A DNA stretch of 64,000 bases from Desulfuromonadales bacterium (GCA_033549025.1 JAWSUS010000005.1:64001-128000); one strand, 5' to 3'; positions 18,925-28,845 are shown, numbered from the stretch's first letter. The notes: a model not told the origin generated them from the letters alone. Numbers and translations are program-made.

Positions 18925-20001
18925 ATGGCCTGGCCCCTGACCCAAGCTGAAGAACGGTTGACGGAAGATTGTCTGCGAAACCTGCGCGCTCTGCCTGGAT
19001 GCGAAGTGGAACCGGGGTTCAGGCCGGCATTACAGGCCCAGGAGGGTCGCCTGCGGCTTCAAGGCGGCTGGGGGCAGGTCAGCTATCAGGTCATGCCACG
19101 AAGGCGGCTCTCGCCTTTAACCGTCGCTGTTCTTCTCAACCAGGCTCACCTTCAGCCCGCTGAGGCGCCGAGGCTGCTGTTTACCGATTATCTGCCGGAA
19201 ACCCTGGCTCGCGAACTGCGCCAACAGGGGATCGAATATGTCGATGCGGCCGGCAACATGTACCTGTGTCAGCCGCCGCTGCTGATGGAGATTGGCGGTC
19301 GCCGCCGGGTCGCTGAAAAGAAAAGCGGCGGCCGTGCTTTTCAAACCGCCGGGCTCAAACTGATTTCCCTCCTGCTGATGGAGCCGGCCAACCTGCGCCT
19401 GTCCTACCGGGACATGGCCCAGCGGGCCCATGTCGCTCTGGGGACCATCGGGCAGACGCTGGAGCAGCTCGAGTCGCTGGGTTATCTCGGCCGGGAGGCC
19501 GGCGGCAGAAGGTTGCTGCGAGGCGAGGATCTGTTGCAGCGCTGGGAATTCGGCTATAGCGAAAAGCTGCGCCCCCGGCTGCTGCTGCGTCGTTGTCGCC
19601 TGCAGACAGGGGTGACGATCGACGATCTGCCTGATTTGCTGCGGCAAAACGGTTTGCAGGAGCAGGTGCTTATCGGCGGCGAGCTGGGCGCCGCCCTTCT
19701 GCTTGGCGGCTACCGCCCGCAGCGCGCTGCCCTGCATCTGTCCGGCGATGCCCTGCGTCTTCTCATGCAGCTACGCCTGATTCCCGACCCCGACGGGCCC
19801 GTGGATCTGCTGCAATTGTACAGCCATCAGCTGGCCTGGCAGGAGTGGCAGCCCGAAGGGATTTCGCTGATCCATCCTTTGCTGATTCACGCCGAATTGA
19901 TGGCGGCGGCAGACGATAGGGCCCCTCTGGCGGAAAGGATCTGGCGGGATTTTCTGCAGGAAAAATTGGCGGGTGGTGCGCCTGGCGGCGACAGTCAGTG
20001 A
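18925..20001 (+). CDS. AbiEi-family (type IV TA antitoxin-like, AbiEi_2) transcriptional regulator
   Basis: LRQQGIEYVDAAGNMYL, central HTH (SYRDMAQRAHVALGTIGQTLEQLESLGYL), IGGELGA, HPLLIHAEL; GAGAGG RBS. Confidence 0.7.
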   Translation: MAWPLTQAEERLTEDCLRNLRALPGCEVEPGFRPALQAQEGRLRLQGGWGQVSYQVMPRRRLSPLTVAVLLNQAHLQPAEAPRLLFTDYLPETLARELRQQGIEYVDAAGNMYLCQPPLLMEIGGRRRVAEKKSGGRAFQTAGLKLISLLLMEPANLRLSYRDMAQRAHVALGTIGQTLEQLESLGYLGREAGGRRLLRGEDLLQRWEFGYSEKLRPRLLLRRCRLQTGVTIDDLPDLLRQNGLQEQVLIGGELGAALLLGGYRPQRAALHLSGDALRLLMQLRLIPDPDGPVDLLQLYSHQLAWQEWQPEGISLIHPLLIHAELMAAADDRAPLAERIWRDFLQEKLAGGAPGGDSQ

Positions 20002-21920
20002 ATGCCTTGTGACGTCCTTTCATGGAGCAGGCAGAACCCCGTCTTGCTGACGTTCATGGCGAAAAGTTCACCCATCTCGGCGGCGGTACAGGGAGGCGAG
20101 AAATAAAAGCCCTGCATCTCGTGGCATTGTCGGGCGGTGAGAAATTCCAGTTGCGGCAGATTTTCCACGCCCTCGGCCAGGACGTTGAGCTGCAGGCTGT
20201 GGCTCATGGCGATAATGGCCTCGACGATCGCTCGACTGTCGGCGTCTTCATTGACCGAGTGAATAAACTCCTGGGCGATTTTGATGCGATCAATAGGGAA
20301 GTTCTTCAGGTAGGCCAAGGAGGAATAACCGGTACCGAAGTCGTCAATGGCCAGGTGGATCCCCCGCACCTTGATGTCCGTCAGGGTCATGATGGTCTCG
20401 ACCGTGTTGTCCATGATCAGGCTTTCCGTGAGTTCCAGCTCAAGCCACCGGGGGTCTAGCCCGGTTTCCTCCAGAATGCGATCGAGCAGGTCGATAATGC
20501 CCAGCTGCTTGAACTGACGGGCGGAAAGGTTGACGGCCATTCTGACCGGGGCATAGCCGGCGATCTGCCACTCCCGGGCCTGCCGGCAGGCCGTGCGCAA
20601 AGCCCACTCGCCGATAGGGTTGATCAAGCCAGTCTCTTCGGCAATGGGGATGAATTTCTGTGGTGAAATGAGTCCCTCCTGGGGGTGATTCCACCGCAGC
20701 AGGGATTCGACCCCGATGATCGTTCCCGACTCGATGTCGATCTGTGGCTGATAGGTGAGAAAAAGCTCGCCCCGATCGATGGCCCGCCGCAAGCTGGTCT
20801 CGATGCCCAGCTTCTCCACCACCCGGGTATTCATCTCATCGGAAAAGAACTGATAGTTGTTGCGACCGTGCTCTTTGGCGGCGTACATGGCGATGTCCGC
20901 ATTGCGCAACAGGGTGTCGATATCCTCGCCGTCCAGGGGATAGATGCTGATGCCGATGCTCGCCGTGGTACAGAGTTCGCCGCCCGCCAGTTTTACCGGC
21001 TGGGCCAGGGCTTCAAGAATCCGTTCGGCAAAGGCGGCGCCGTCTTGGTCACCATTGCTGCTGGAGAGCACGATGACGAATTCGTCACCCCCGAGGCGGG
21101 CCACCGTGTCGCCCTGACGCATGCAGTCTCGCAAGCGCTGGGCGATAATTTTAAGAAACTCGTCCCCGACGGCATGACCCAGGGTGTCGTTGATGATCTT
21201 GAAGCGGTCCAGGTCGAGAAAGAGCACCTCGACGCGTACGTTATTGCGGCGGGCGTGAGCTAGCGCCTGCCCAAGGCGGTCATGGAAGAGGGTGCGGTTG
21301 GGCAGCTCGGTGAGCGTATCGTAGTAGGCCAGCTTTTTGACCTCCAGCTCCGCCTGACGATGTTCAGTGACATCGATTGCCACGGCCAGGCTGCGCTCGA
21401 TGCGCCCCTGCGCGTTGCGGTCGCCAATGGCCGAGAGCAGAACCTCGACAATGTCCCCGTTTTTTTTCACAAACTGGTAAGGGATGTATTTGACGGAACC
21501 CGTGCGGAAAAACTTGGGAAAAATGGTCTGCTCGGCCATCTGACGTGAGGTTTGGGTCATGAAATCCGTCAGCTTGTGGCCGAGCACCTCGGACGGTTCA
21601 TAACCCAGGGTTTCCAGCCAGAATTTGCTGACCGTGAGCAGACGGCCGTGGGTGTCGATGGAATGAAGCATGACGGGCGCGTTGTCGTAAAGGCTGCGAT
21701 AGCGCGCCTCGCTTTCCAAGAGAGAGCGGGTGGAGTGTTTCCATTTACGTCGCCAGATGTTCAGGATGAGCCCGCAGCAGCCGCCGAAAAAAATGGGGAC
21801 CAGAAAGCCCTTCGGGTGAAAAGGGATGCCGACGAGCAACTTCTGCACGGCCGAAAAGCTGCTCAACAGCGTGCTGCCCAAAAGGAACCAGGCAGCGTGT
21901 TGGAGAAAGACTTTAATCAT
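19995..21920 (-). CDS. Membrane-anchored PAS-GGDEF-EAL diguanylate cyclase/phosphodiesterase
   Basis: Two N-terminal TM segments, PAS/PAC, RQGD I-site with RLGGDEF, ESLLRW, ELELTES, IDDFGTGYSSL, AEGVE. Confidence 0.95.
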   Translation of the reverse strand: MIKVFLQHAAWFLLGSTLLSSFSAVQKLLVGIPFHPKGFLVPIFFGGCCGLILNIWRRKWKHSTRSLLESEARYRSLYDNAPVMLHSIDTHGRLLTVSKFWLETLGYEPSEVLGHKLTDFMTQTSRQMAEQTIFPKFFRTGSVKYIPYQFVKKNGDIVEVLLSAIGDRNAQGRIERSLAVAIDVTEHRQAELEVKKLAYYDTLTELPNRTLFHDRLGQALAHARRNNVRVEVLFLDLDRFKIINDTLGHAVGDEFLKIIAQRLRDCMRQGDTVARLGGDEFVIVLSSSNGDQDGAAFAERILEALAQPVKLAGGELCTTASIGISIYPLDGEDIDTLLRNADIAMYAAKEHGRNNYQFFSDEMNTRVVEKLGIETSLRRAIDRGELFLTYQPQIDIESGTIIGVESLLRWNHPQEGLISPQKFIPIAEETGLINPIGEWALRTACRQAREWQIAGYAPVRMAVNLSARQFKQLGIIDLLDRILEETGLDPRWLELELTESLIMDNTVETIMTLTDIKVRGIHLAIDDFGTGYSSLAYLKNFPIDRIKIAQEFIHSVNEDADSRAIVEAIIAMSHSLQLNVLAEGVENLPQLEFLTARQCHEMQGFYFSPPCTAAEMGELFAMNVSKTGFCLLHERTSQGIH

Positions 21921-22170
21921 GGCGGCCTGTCGGGTGAAAGCGTGGGTTCACGAAATCCTTGGATCCGAATCTGCTCGGAATCTTTACAACCTTCCTATGA
22001 TTTTCCCCTAGATGGCCGGGAAGTCAATTCCCGAAGAGGCGATTTCCGCCAGAATGTCATGATCTTGCCGGGCCGCAACCCGCAGGCGCCATCAGGGGCA
22101 AAGGATGGAAGTTTTGCCGAAGCTGTGGTAGCATGATGCCTTACAACGCCCCTGCCAGAAGAGGACAACT

Positions 22171-22485
22171 GTGGATAGACCCCTGTCATCGCCGGGAGTA
22201 AAACCCGCCGCTACCGAGAAGGAAAAGGTCACTTTTCCTCCCCCGTATCGGGTATTGATGCACAACGACGATTACACGACCATGGAATTCGTGGTCGCCG
22301 CCCTCGAAACGGTCTTTCACAAGACTCCCACCGAGGCCAACCGCATCATGCTGCATATTCATCTGAAAGGCGTCGGGGAATGCGGCATCTACCCCTTTGA
22401 AATTGCCGAAACGAAGGTTGCCAGAGTCCATGCCATGGCCAGGAAAGAGGGTTTTCCCTTAAGGTGCAGCCTCGAAAAAGTCTGA
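22171..22485 (+). CDS. clpS: ATP-dependent Clp protease adaptor ClpS
   Basis: YRVLMHNDDYTTMEFVV, IAETK, FPLRCSLE. Confidence 0.96.
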   Translation: MDRPLSSPGVKPAATEKEKVTFPPPYRVLMHNDDYTTMEFVVAALETVFHKTPTEANRIMLHIHLKGVGECGIYPFEIAETKVARVHAMARKEGFPLRCSLEKV

Positions 22486-22502
22486 AAAAGGACGGAGTTC
22501 CC

Positions 22503-24758
22503 ATGTTCAACCAGGAAGTACAAATCACCTTTTCTCTGGCGGTGCGGGAAGCCCAGCGCCGCCGTCATGAATATCTCACGACGGAACACGTGCTCTACGC
22601 CATTCTCTTCGATGGCGAAGGGCAGGACATCATTCGCAACTGCGGAGGCGATCCCGAAACCCTGCGCGCCATGCTCGAAGATTTCATGACCAACCAGCTG
22701 GAGAGTGTCGCCAGCGAAAGTGAAGAGGTGCCTGAACAGACGGTCGGGCTGCAGAGGGTTCTGCAGAGTACCGTGGTTCATATGCATGCCGCCGGCAAAA
22801 AGCAGATCACCGTCGGGGATGTGCTGGTGGCGATTCTGGAAGAGAAGAACTCTCACGCTTCCCATTTCCTCAAGCTTCAGGGGGTCAGTCGCCTGGATGT
22901 GTTGCACTATATTTCCCACGGGGTCGCCAAGATGCCGTCCCAGCAGGAAGGGGAGGGGGAAGGCTCGCCTGCTCCCGGGCGTGAGGACACGGGAGGCGCC
23001 GGGACCAAGACGGCTCCGGCCAAGGACCCCTTGAAACTCTTTACCGTCAATTTGCTGGAAAAAGCCCGGGCCGGCAAGATCGATCCCCTCATTGGGCGCG
23101 AGGCGGAAATCGAGCGGACACTGCTGGTGCTGTGCCGGCGGCGCAAGAACAACCCCATTTATGTCGGCGAACCGGGGGTCGGCAAGACGGCGCTCGCCGA
23201 AGGACTGGCACTGTCCATGGCGCGGGGCGAGGTGCCGGACATGCTGGCTGATTTTGAGATCTTTTCTCTCGATATGGGGGCGCTGCTGGCCGGCACCAAA
23301 TTCCGCGGAGATTTCGAGGAACGGCTCAAGGCGGTGCTGGCCGCTCTGGCCAAAAAAGGCAAGGCCATTCTCTTTATCGACGAAATCCACACGGTGGTCG
23401 GTGCCGGCGCCACCAGCGGCGGCTCAATGGATGCCTCCAATATTCTCAAGCCGGTGCTGGCCTCTGGTGAGTTGCGCTGCATCGGTTCGACCACCTATGA
23501 GGAATACAAGAATCTTTTTGAGAAAGATCGGGCTTTGTCCCGCCGCTTCCAGAAAATCGATGTTCCCGAGCCGAGCGTCGAGGAGACCCTCGCCATTCTC
23601 CAGGGGCTGAAATCCCACTATGAAGAGCACCACGGCGTCCGCTACAGCGACGAAGCGCTGCGGGCCGCCGCCGAGCTGTCGGCTCGCCATATCAACTTCC
23701 GTCACCTGCCGGACAAGGCCATTGACGTGATGGACGAGGTCGGCGCCTCCTTTCGGCTGCACCCGCGTTCCCGGCAGGAGGTGGGCATCCGGGAAATCGA
23801 AGAGGTGATCGCCCGTATCGCCCGCATTCCGCAGCGTCAGGTCTCGGCCCGCGACCGCCAGCGCCTCAAAACCCTCGCCCGCGATATCAAGGCGCGGGTC
23901 TTCGGGCAGGATTCGGCCATCGATGCCCTGTGCCGCGCCGTGCTGCGCTCCCGGGCCGGCCTGGGTCACCCGGAAAAACCCACCGGGTCCTTTCTGTTCA
24001 CCGGCCCGACCGGAGTGGGCAAGACGGAGGTCGCCAAACAGCTTGCCGCCCAGATGGGGGTGGAGTTCATCCGCTTCGATATGAGTGAATACATGGAGAA
24101 GCATTCGGTGGCACGGCTGATCGGTTCGCCGCCGGGCTACGTCGGTTTTGAACAGGGCGGGCTGCTCACCGACGCCGTTATTCGGCATCCCTATGCGGTC
24201 CTGCTGCTGGACGAGATCGAAAAGGCCCATCCCGATCTTTTCAACATCCTGCTACAGGTCATGGATCACGGTACCCTCACCGATAACAATGGCAAGAAGG
24301 CCGATTTTCGCAACGTTGTTCTCATCATGACCAGCAACGCCGGCGCCCGGGAAATGAGCGCCAACCCCATCGGCTTCAGCAAAACGGCTTCGACGGGAGA
24401 TCCTCGCCACGCCGTGGAACGCACCTTCTCCCCCGAGTTCCGCAATCGTCTCGATGCCATCATCGCTTTCAGCAGCCTCGCCGAGGAGGTGATTGTCCGC
24501 ATCGTCGACAAGTTTTTCCACGAGCTGGCCACACCCCTGCAAGAGAAAGGGGTTGTCCTCAAGGTCTCCCCGGCCGCCCGCCGCTATTTCGCCCAGCGGG
24601 GCTACGACCCGGTCTATGGCGCTCGCCCGCTGGCCCGTCTCATTCAGACGGAAGTCAGCGATGTCATTGCCAGCGAAATCCTCTTCGGACGGCTGAGCAA
24701 GGGCGGGACAGTGCGCCTCGGTCTGCGTCAGGATGCCCTGACTTTTTCCTACGACTGA
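22503..24758 (+). CDS. clpA: ATP-dependent Clp protease ATP-binding subunit ClpA
   Basis: RHEYLTTEH; two AAA+ modules (GEPGVGKT, GPTGVGKT); RFDMSEYMEKH; NPIGF ClpP-docking loop. Confidence 0.97.
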   Translation: MFNQEVQITFSLAVREAQRRRHEYLTTEHVLYAILFDGEGQDIIRNCGGDPETLRAMLEDFMTNQLESVASESEEVPEQTVGLQRVLQSTVVHMHAAGKKQITVGDVLVAILEEKNSHASHFLKLQGVSRLDVLHYISHGVAKMPSQQEGEGEGSPAPGREDTGGAGTKTAPAKDPLKLFTVNLLEKARAGKIDPLIGREAEIERTLLVLCRRRKNNPIYVGEPGVGKTALAEGLALSMARGEVPDMLADFEIFSLDMGALLAGTKFRGDFEERLKAVLAALAKKGKAILFIDEIHTVVGAGATSGGSMDASNILKPVLASGELRCIGSTTYEEYKNLFEKDRALSRRFQKIDVPEPSVEETLAILQGLKSHYEEHHGVRYSDEALRAAAELSARHINFRHLPDKAIDVMDEVGASFRLHPRSRQEVGIREIEEVIARIARIPQRQVSARDRQRLKTLARDIKARVFGQDSAIDALCRAVLRSRAGLGHPEKPTGSFLFTGPTGVGKTEVAKQLAAQMGVEFIRFDMSEYMEKHSVARLIGSPPGYVGFEQGGLLTDAVIRHPYAVLLLDEIEKAHPDLFNILLQVMDHGTLTDNNGKKADFRNVVLIMTSNAGAREMSANPIGFSKTASTGDPRHAVERTFSPEFRNRLDAIIAFSSLAEEVIVRIVDKFFHELATPLQEKGVVLKVSPAARRYFAQRGYDPVYGARPLARLIQTEVSDVIASEILFGRLSKGGTVRLGLRQDALTFSYD

Positions 24759-24779
24759 GGCGTTTCAGGGGAGTCGTCG

Positions 24780-25472
24780 GTGCCTGTATTTCAACTGGCA
24801 GACCAGCTGCTTTTTCCGCCGCCTCATCTGGCCGAGCCTGATGGTCTGCTGGCTGTCGGTGGCGATCTGACCCCGCCGCGTCTCCTGCTGGCCTATTCCT
24901 CCGGCATCTTTCCCTGGTTCAACGAGGGGGATCCCCTGCTCTGGTGGTCGCCCGATCCCCGGTTCATCCTCGAGCCAACCGCCATTCATGTTTCCCGCAG
25001 TCTCGCTAAGGTGATTCGCCGTGGTTCCTTCCAGCTGACGATCGACCGCGCTTTTGCTGAAGTCATGCTGGCCTGCGGGCCAGACCGTCAGGAAGATACG
25101 GGGACCTGGATCACCGACGGAATGCTGGCCGCCTACGGCCGGCTGCACGCGTTGGGTTTCGCGCACTCGGTGGAATGCTGGCAGGGGGATGAACTGGTCG
25201 GCGGTCTGTACGGGGTCTGTCTGGGACGCTGTTTTTTCGGTGAGTCGATGTTTCACCGTCGCAGCAACGCTTCAAAGGCGGCGATGGTTTTTCTGGCCCG
25301 CCGGCTGGCGGCGCACAATTTCGATATGATCGACTGCCAGCTGCCGACCTCTCACCTGGCTTCTCTGGGCGGGCGGGCGATTTCGCGGACCTCGTACCTC
25401 AGCCGCCTGCGTCAGGCGGGGGTGGTCCCGACGGCGACACCTTCGCCGGCTCCTTTCCCAGGCGAGGGGTGA
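24780..25472 (+). CDS. aat: Leucyl/phenylalanyl-tRNA--protein transferase
   Basis: GLLAVGGDL, GIFPWF, WWSPDPR, AHSVECW, FFGESMF, IDCQ. Confidence 0.96.
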   Translation: MPVFQLADQLLFPPPHLAEPDGLLAVGGDLTPPRLLLAYSSGIFPWFNEGDPLLWWSPDPRFILEPTAIHVSRSLAKVIRRGSFQLTIDRAFAEVMLACGPDRQEDTGTWITDGMLAAYGRLHALGFAHSVECWQGDELVGGLYGVCLGRCFFGESMFHRRSNASKAAMVFLARRLAAHNFDMIDCQLPTSHLASLGGRAISRTSYLSRLRQAGVVPTATPSPAPFPGEG

Positions 25473-25490
25473 GGAGGGCGACCAAAGGCC

Positions 25491-26252
25491 TTAATAGGGG
25501 GGATTGGCAGAGCGCCGGCCGGTGGCCACCTGCTGGTTGTGGGCCCTGAGTTCTTCGACGAGTTTCTCGATGTCCTGCGCGCCGAGAAGGTTGTTCTCGA
25601 CGAAGTACTGGCCGAGGCGCTTGTGAAGGTTCTGCTGGTAGCGGAGCAGCGTCTGCACTTGGAAGGGGGTCAGCACGCCGAGCTTGACGGCCCGCTGCCC
25701 GAAACGGCTGCAGGCTCCCCGCGCGGTGAGTACGTGGCGCAGGGAGGCTTCGTCGAGCCAGCCCCAGCGGCGGGCGATTTCGCCAATGGCCGGTCTTTGG
25801 GCGCGCTGCCAGACGAGCGCCGCGATGAGCTGCTGATAGGAGATATAGCCGCGATAGTAGAGGTAGAGGCCAAATTCCAGGTGGCGCTGCGGCAGGTTTC
25901 CGGCATAAAAGGTGCCGGCCGGGGAAGCCGGGGGACGCGTCCTGGCTGGCGAAGCACCCGCTCTGACCCCTGGCCCGGCGCTGCGCAGAGACTGGGTGTG
26001 TCCTTTTTCCCGCTGCTCCAGAAAGGTGTTGATCAGCTTGTAGGCGCTGGTCAGATCCTGAAACAGGATGTTCTGCCGCTTTTTTTCGGTCTCGGTAAAG
26101 CGATCCGGATGGGTCTGCTTGGCTCTGGTGCGGTAGGCTGATTTGGCGCCGCCGGGCTGGAGGTAGAAGAGAAAGTCGCGATTGAGGTGCAGCTCCGGGC
26201 CAAAAAGAATCCGGCAGGCATCAAAAAGGGCGGCTTCGGTCATCTGGACCAT
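25491..26252 (-). CDS. J-domain protein with four C-terminal MshEN-like repeats
   Basis: KSAYRTRAKQTHPD...FQDLTSAYKLI J-domain; repeats start at aa 126, 155, 183 and 212. Confidence 0.8.
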   Translation of the reverse strand: MVQMTEAALFDACRILFGPELHLNRDFLFYLQPGGAKSAYRTRAKQTHPDRFTETEKKRQNILFQDLTSAYKLINTFLEQREKGHTQSLRSAGPGVRAGASPARTRPPASPAGTFYAGNLPQRHLEFGLYLYYRGYISYQQLIAALVWQRAQRPAIGEIARRWGWLDEASLRHVLTARGACSRFGQRAVKLGVLTPFQVQTLLRYQQNLHKRLGQYFVENNLLGAQDIEKLVEELRAHNQQVATGRRSANPPY

Positions 26253-26561
26253 CTGAGCTCTTCCTCCGGGGTGAGTTGGGCGTCTTGAATGGGCGTACCC
26301 TTCCGGGTTTTTCAGCCTCCCACCTTATTACACCAGATCGCGATTCAGCTCAAGAATCCTTTCCTTCTAAGTGCTCTTCTGGGCTCGGTCAATGTGATTA
26401 AAAATTAGGCAAAAGGCTGTAAAGAGGGGTGCTCGCAGGATTTGCCCGCGCCTCTTTTTGAGTTCCCCACAGGGTTTTCCACGAAACTGTGGATGAGCGC
26501 TGAAAGTGTCGTAGAAACAGCAATCTAGGGGGTTCTTCAGGTGGGGCTTTTTAGGGTTTAT

Positions 26562-27473
26562 TTATCCTGAGCGAGGCTTTTTTTCTTCCGCTTCCACCAG
26601 GAGCCGCCCGCTGAGGTCATCCATGAACTGGCTGGCGACCCGTCCAGAGCGGGCGCCGCGGCGCATCGCCCATTGCAGCGCTTCTTTCTCCAGCCGTTTG
26701 GCCGATATTTTTATCTTTCGGCGGCGGCTCAAGTGACGTACAACGGCCAGGTAGGTCTCCTGGGACATGGGATAAAAACCGAGGGTGATGCCGAAGCGAT
26801 CGGACAGCGAGAGTTTTTCGGCGATGCGCTCCTCGGGGTGGATTTCCGCCTCCGGGCCGTTGTCTTCAAAGCGCTCCGGCATAAGATGGCGCCGGTTGCT
26901 GGTGGCATAGACGAGCACGTTGGCCGGCCGGGCCTCGATGCCGCCTTCGAGCAAGGCCTTGAGCTCCCGGTAGGAGACCTCCGACTCGTCAAAAGACAGG
27001 TCATCGCAGAAAAGGATGAAGCGATAGTTGAGGTCGCGCAGGCGGCTGGTGATGAGAGGGAGCTGGAAGAGGTCCTCCTTCTGCACCTCCACCAGGCGCA
27101 GACCCTGGCTGGAAAACCGGTTGATAAGCCCCTTGACGGCGGAGGACTTGCCGCTGCCCCGCTCGCCCCACAAGAGCACGTTGTTGGCCGGATAGCCCCG
27201 GACGAACTGCAGGGTGTTCTGGTTGAGCCGCTGCAGGGTGGCGTCGATTCCGAGGAGATCCGCATGGTCCGGCGTGTCCGGGAAGAGGACGGGCACCAGC
27301 CATCCGGATGGTCCCTGTTGTTGCCAGCGCAAAGCCAGGGTGTTCTGGAAAACCTCCGCCTCAAGTTCAACCTCGGCCAGTTGGCGCCCCAGATATTCTT
27401 CACCGAGATCCATGAGGGTTTCCACACGTTCGATCAGGTACGCCCAGTCGATATCCAGGTCGGAAAAATTCAT
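26562..27473 (-). CDS. DUF815-family AAA+ ATP-binding protein
   Basis: PANNVLLWGERGSGKSS, FCDDLSF, YATSNRRHLMP, EKLSLSDRFG, RSGRVA.QF; GGAGG RBS. Confidence 0.9.
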   Translation of the reverse strand: MNFSDLDIDWAYLIERVETLMDLGEEYLGRQLAEVELEAEVFQNTLALRWQQQGPSGWLVPVLFPDTPDHADLLGIDATLQRLNQNTLQFVRGYPANNVLLWGERGSGKSSAVKGLINRFSSQGLRLVEVQKEDLFQLPLITSRLRDLNYRFILFCDDLSFDESEVSYRELKALLEGGIEARPANVLVYATSNRRHLMPERFEDNGPEAEIHPEERIAEKLSLSDRFGITLGFYPMSQETYLAVVRHLSRRRKIKISAKRLEKEALQWAMRRGARSGRVASQFMDDLSGRLLVEAEEKKPRSG

Positions 27474-27618
27474 CGTACGGTAGCCTCCCGGTTGTTGGTC
27501 TCCATGGTGAAATAGTAGCAGAATTTGTTCGAAGACGCAGGGGGAAAGACATGGGGATTTCTGGTCAAGGCGCCGCCCCTGTGCTAGGATCGGCGCTCTG
27601 AGCGTTATGGGAGGGTCT

Positions 27619-28740
27619 GTGAAAAAACTGGAAGGACAACTTTTTGCGGTGACGGCTCCAGGACTGGAGGCGGTTTGCGCTGCCGAGCTGCACCAGCTCG
27701 GTATGGCCGGAGTCGCCGTGGTGCCGGGCGGAGTGGAGTTCACGGGAGGCCTGGCGGATATCTATCGCGCCAACCTGTGGCTGCGTACGGCCAGTCGCGT
27801 GGTGATCCGTCTCGGAACCTTTTGCAGTCGCGACTTTCCCGACCTGTACAAAAAGGCCCTGCGTTTGCCCTGGGGGCGCTTCATCCGGCGGGAGACCGCT
27901 GTCCGGGTGAAATCGGCGAGCCATCATTCCCGGCTCGTGCACAGCGGGCGTATCGCCGAAACGGTCGCCGCCGCCATCGATCGTGCCCTTGGCCGCCAGT
28001 CGGGGGAAGGGCAGGGCGAAGAGCAACTCATCCTCGTGCGCTTTGACGACGATCAGTGTCAGATTTCGGTCGATACCTCCGGTGAGCTGCTGCACCGCCG
28101 CGGCTATCGCGAAGAGTCGGCCCTGGCCCCTCTACGCGAAACCCTGGCGGCAGGTATCCTGGCGCTGCTGCGTTGGGATGGCCGGGCTCCACTGGTCGAT
28201 CCCATGTGCGGATCGGGCACCTTCGTTATCGAAGGTGCGCTGCTGGCGGCCAACCTGCCCCCGGGAGGGGGACGTCTCTTTGCTTTCATGAACTGGCCCG
28301 GTTTTCGTCCGGGTCTTTGGGAGGCTCTCAAGCTGGAAGCTGCCCGGGCCAGGCGCGAGATTGAGGTGCCTATCTGCGGGGCTGACCGGAATCCGGTGGC
28401 GCTGGCGGCGGCCAGGCGCAACGCCGAGCGCGCGGGAGTCGCCGATCTTGTCCGCCTGGAGGTGGCGGATCTGGCCGAAAGCCGGGCCAGCGCCGTGGCC
28501 GGCACCATTCTGTGCAATCCGCCTTATGGGGAGCGGTTAGGAAAAGGGGAGAATCTGGCCCCTCTCTATCGTCAACTGGGGGATGTTTACGCCCGGCGGT
28601 ATGGCGGCTGGCGGTGCGCTATTCTCTGCCCTGTCTCGCCGCTGGTTGACGCGGTCGGCCTCCCCCTGAAGAAAATTGCCGATCTGGTCAATGGCGGGCT
28701 CTCTGTCGGACTCTTTGTGGGCGACGGAGAGTGTAAGTGA
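27619..28740 (+). CDS. THUMP-domain class I SAM-dependent RNA methyltransferase (RlmL-like)
   Basis: ANLWLRTASRV, DTSGELLHRRGYR, APLRETLAA, DPMCGSGT, NPPYGERL. Confidence 0.9.
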   Translation: MKKLEGQLFAVTAPGLEAVCAAELHQLGMAGVAVVPGGVEFTGGLADIYRANLWLRTASRVVIRLGTFCSRDFPDLYKKALRLPWGRFIRRETAVRVKSASHHSRLVHSGRIAETVAAAIDRALGRQSGEGQGEEQLILVRFDDDQCQISVDTSGELLHRRGYREESALAPLRETLAAGILALLRWDGRAPLVDPMCGSGTFVIEGALLAANLPPGGGRLFAFMNWPGFRPGLWEALKLEAARARREIEVPICGADRNPVALAAARRNAERAGVADLVRLEVADLAESRASAVAGTILCNPPYGERLGKGENLAPLYRQLGDVYARRYGGWRCAILCPVSPLVDAVGLPLKKIADLVNGGLSVGLFVGDGECK

Positions 28741-28845
28741 GATTTATATTGATTTTTTGCTGATGTTGGTGTACGTTGCCGTCTTATCCTTCGCCAGGGA
28801 GACTTGGCGAAGTGTAAATAGATAAGAAAGCGAGGTGAAGAGTCA

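Noticed and set aside
22170..22178. Single DnaA-box-like TGTGGATAG at the clpS start
   Set aside because: It is isolated and explained by the GTG-GAT start codons.
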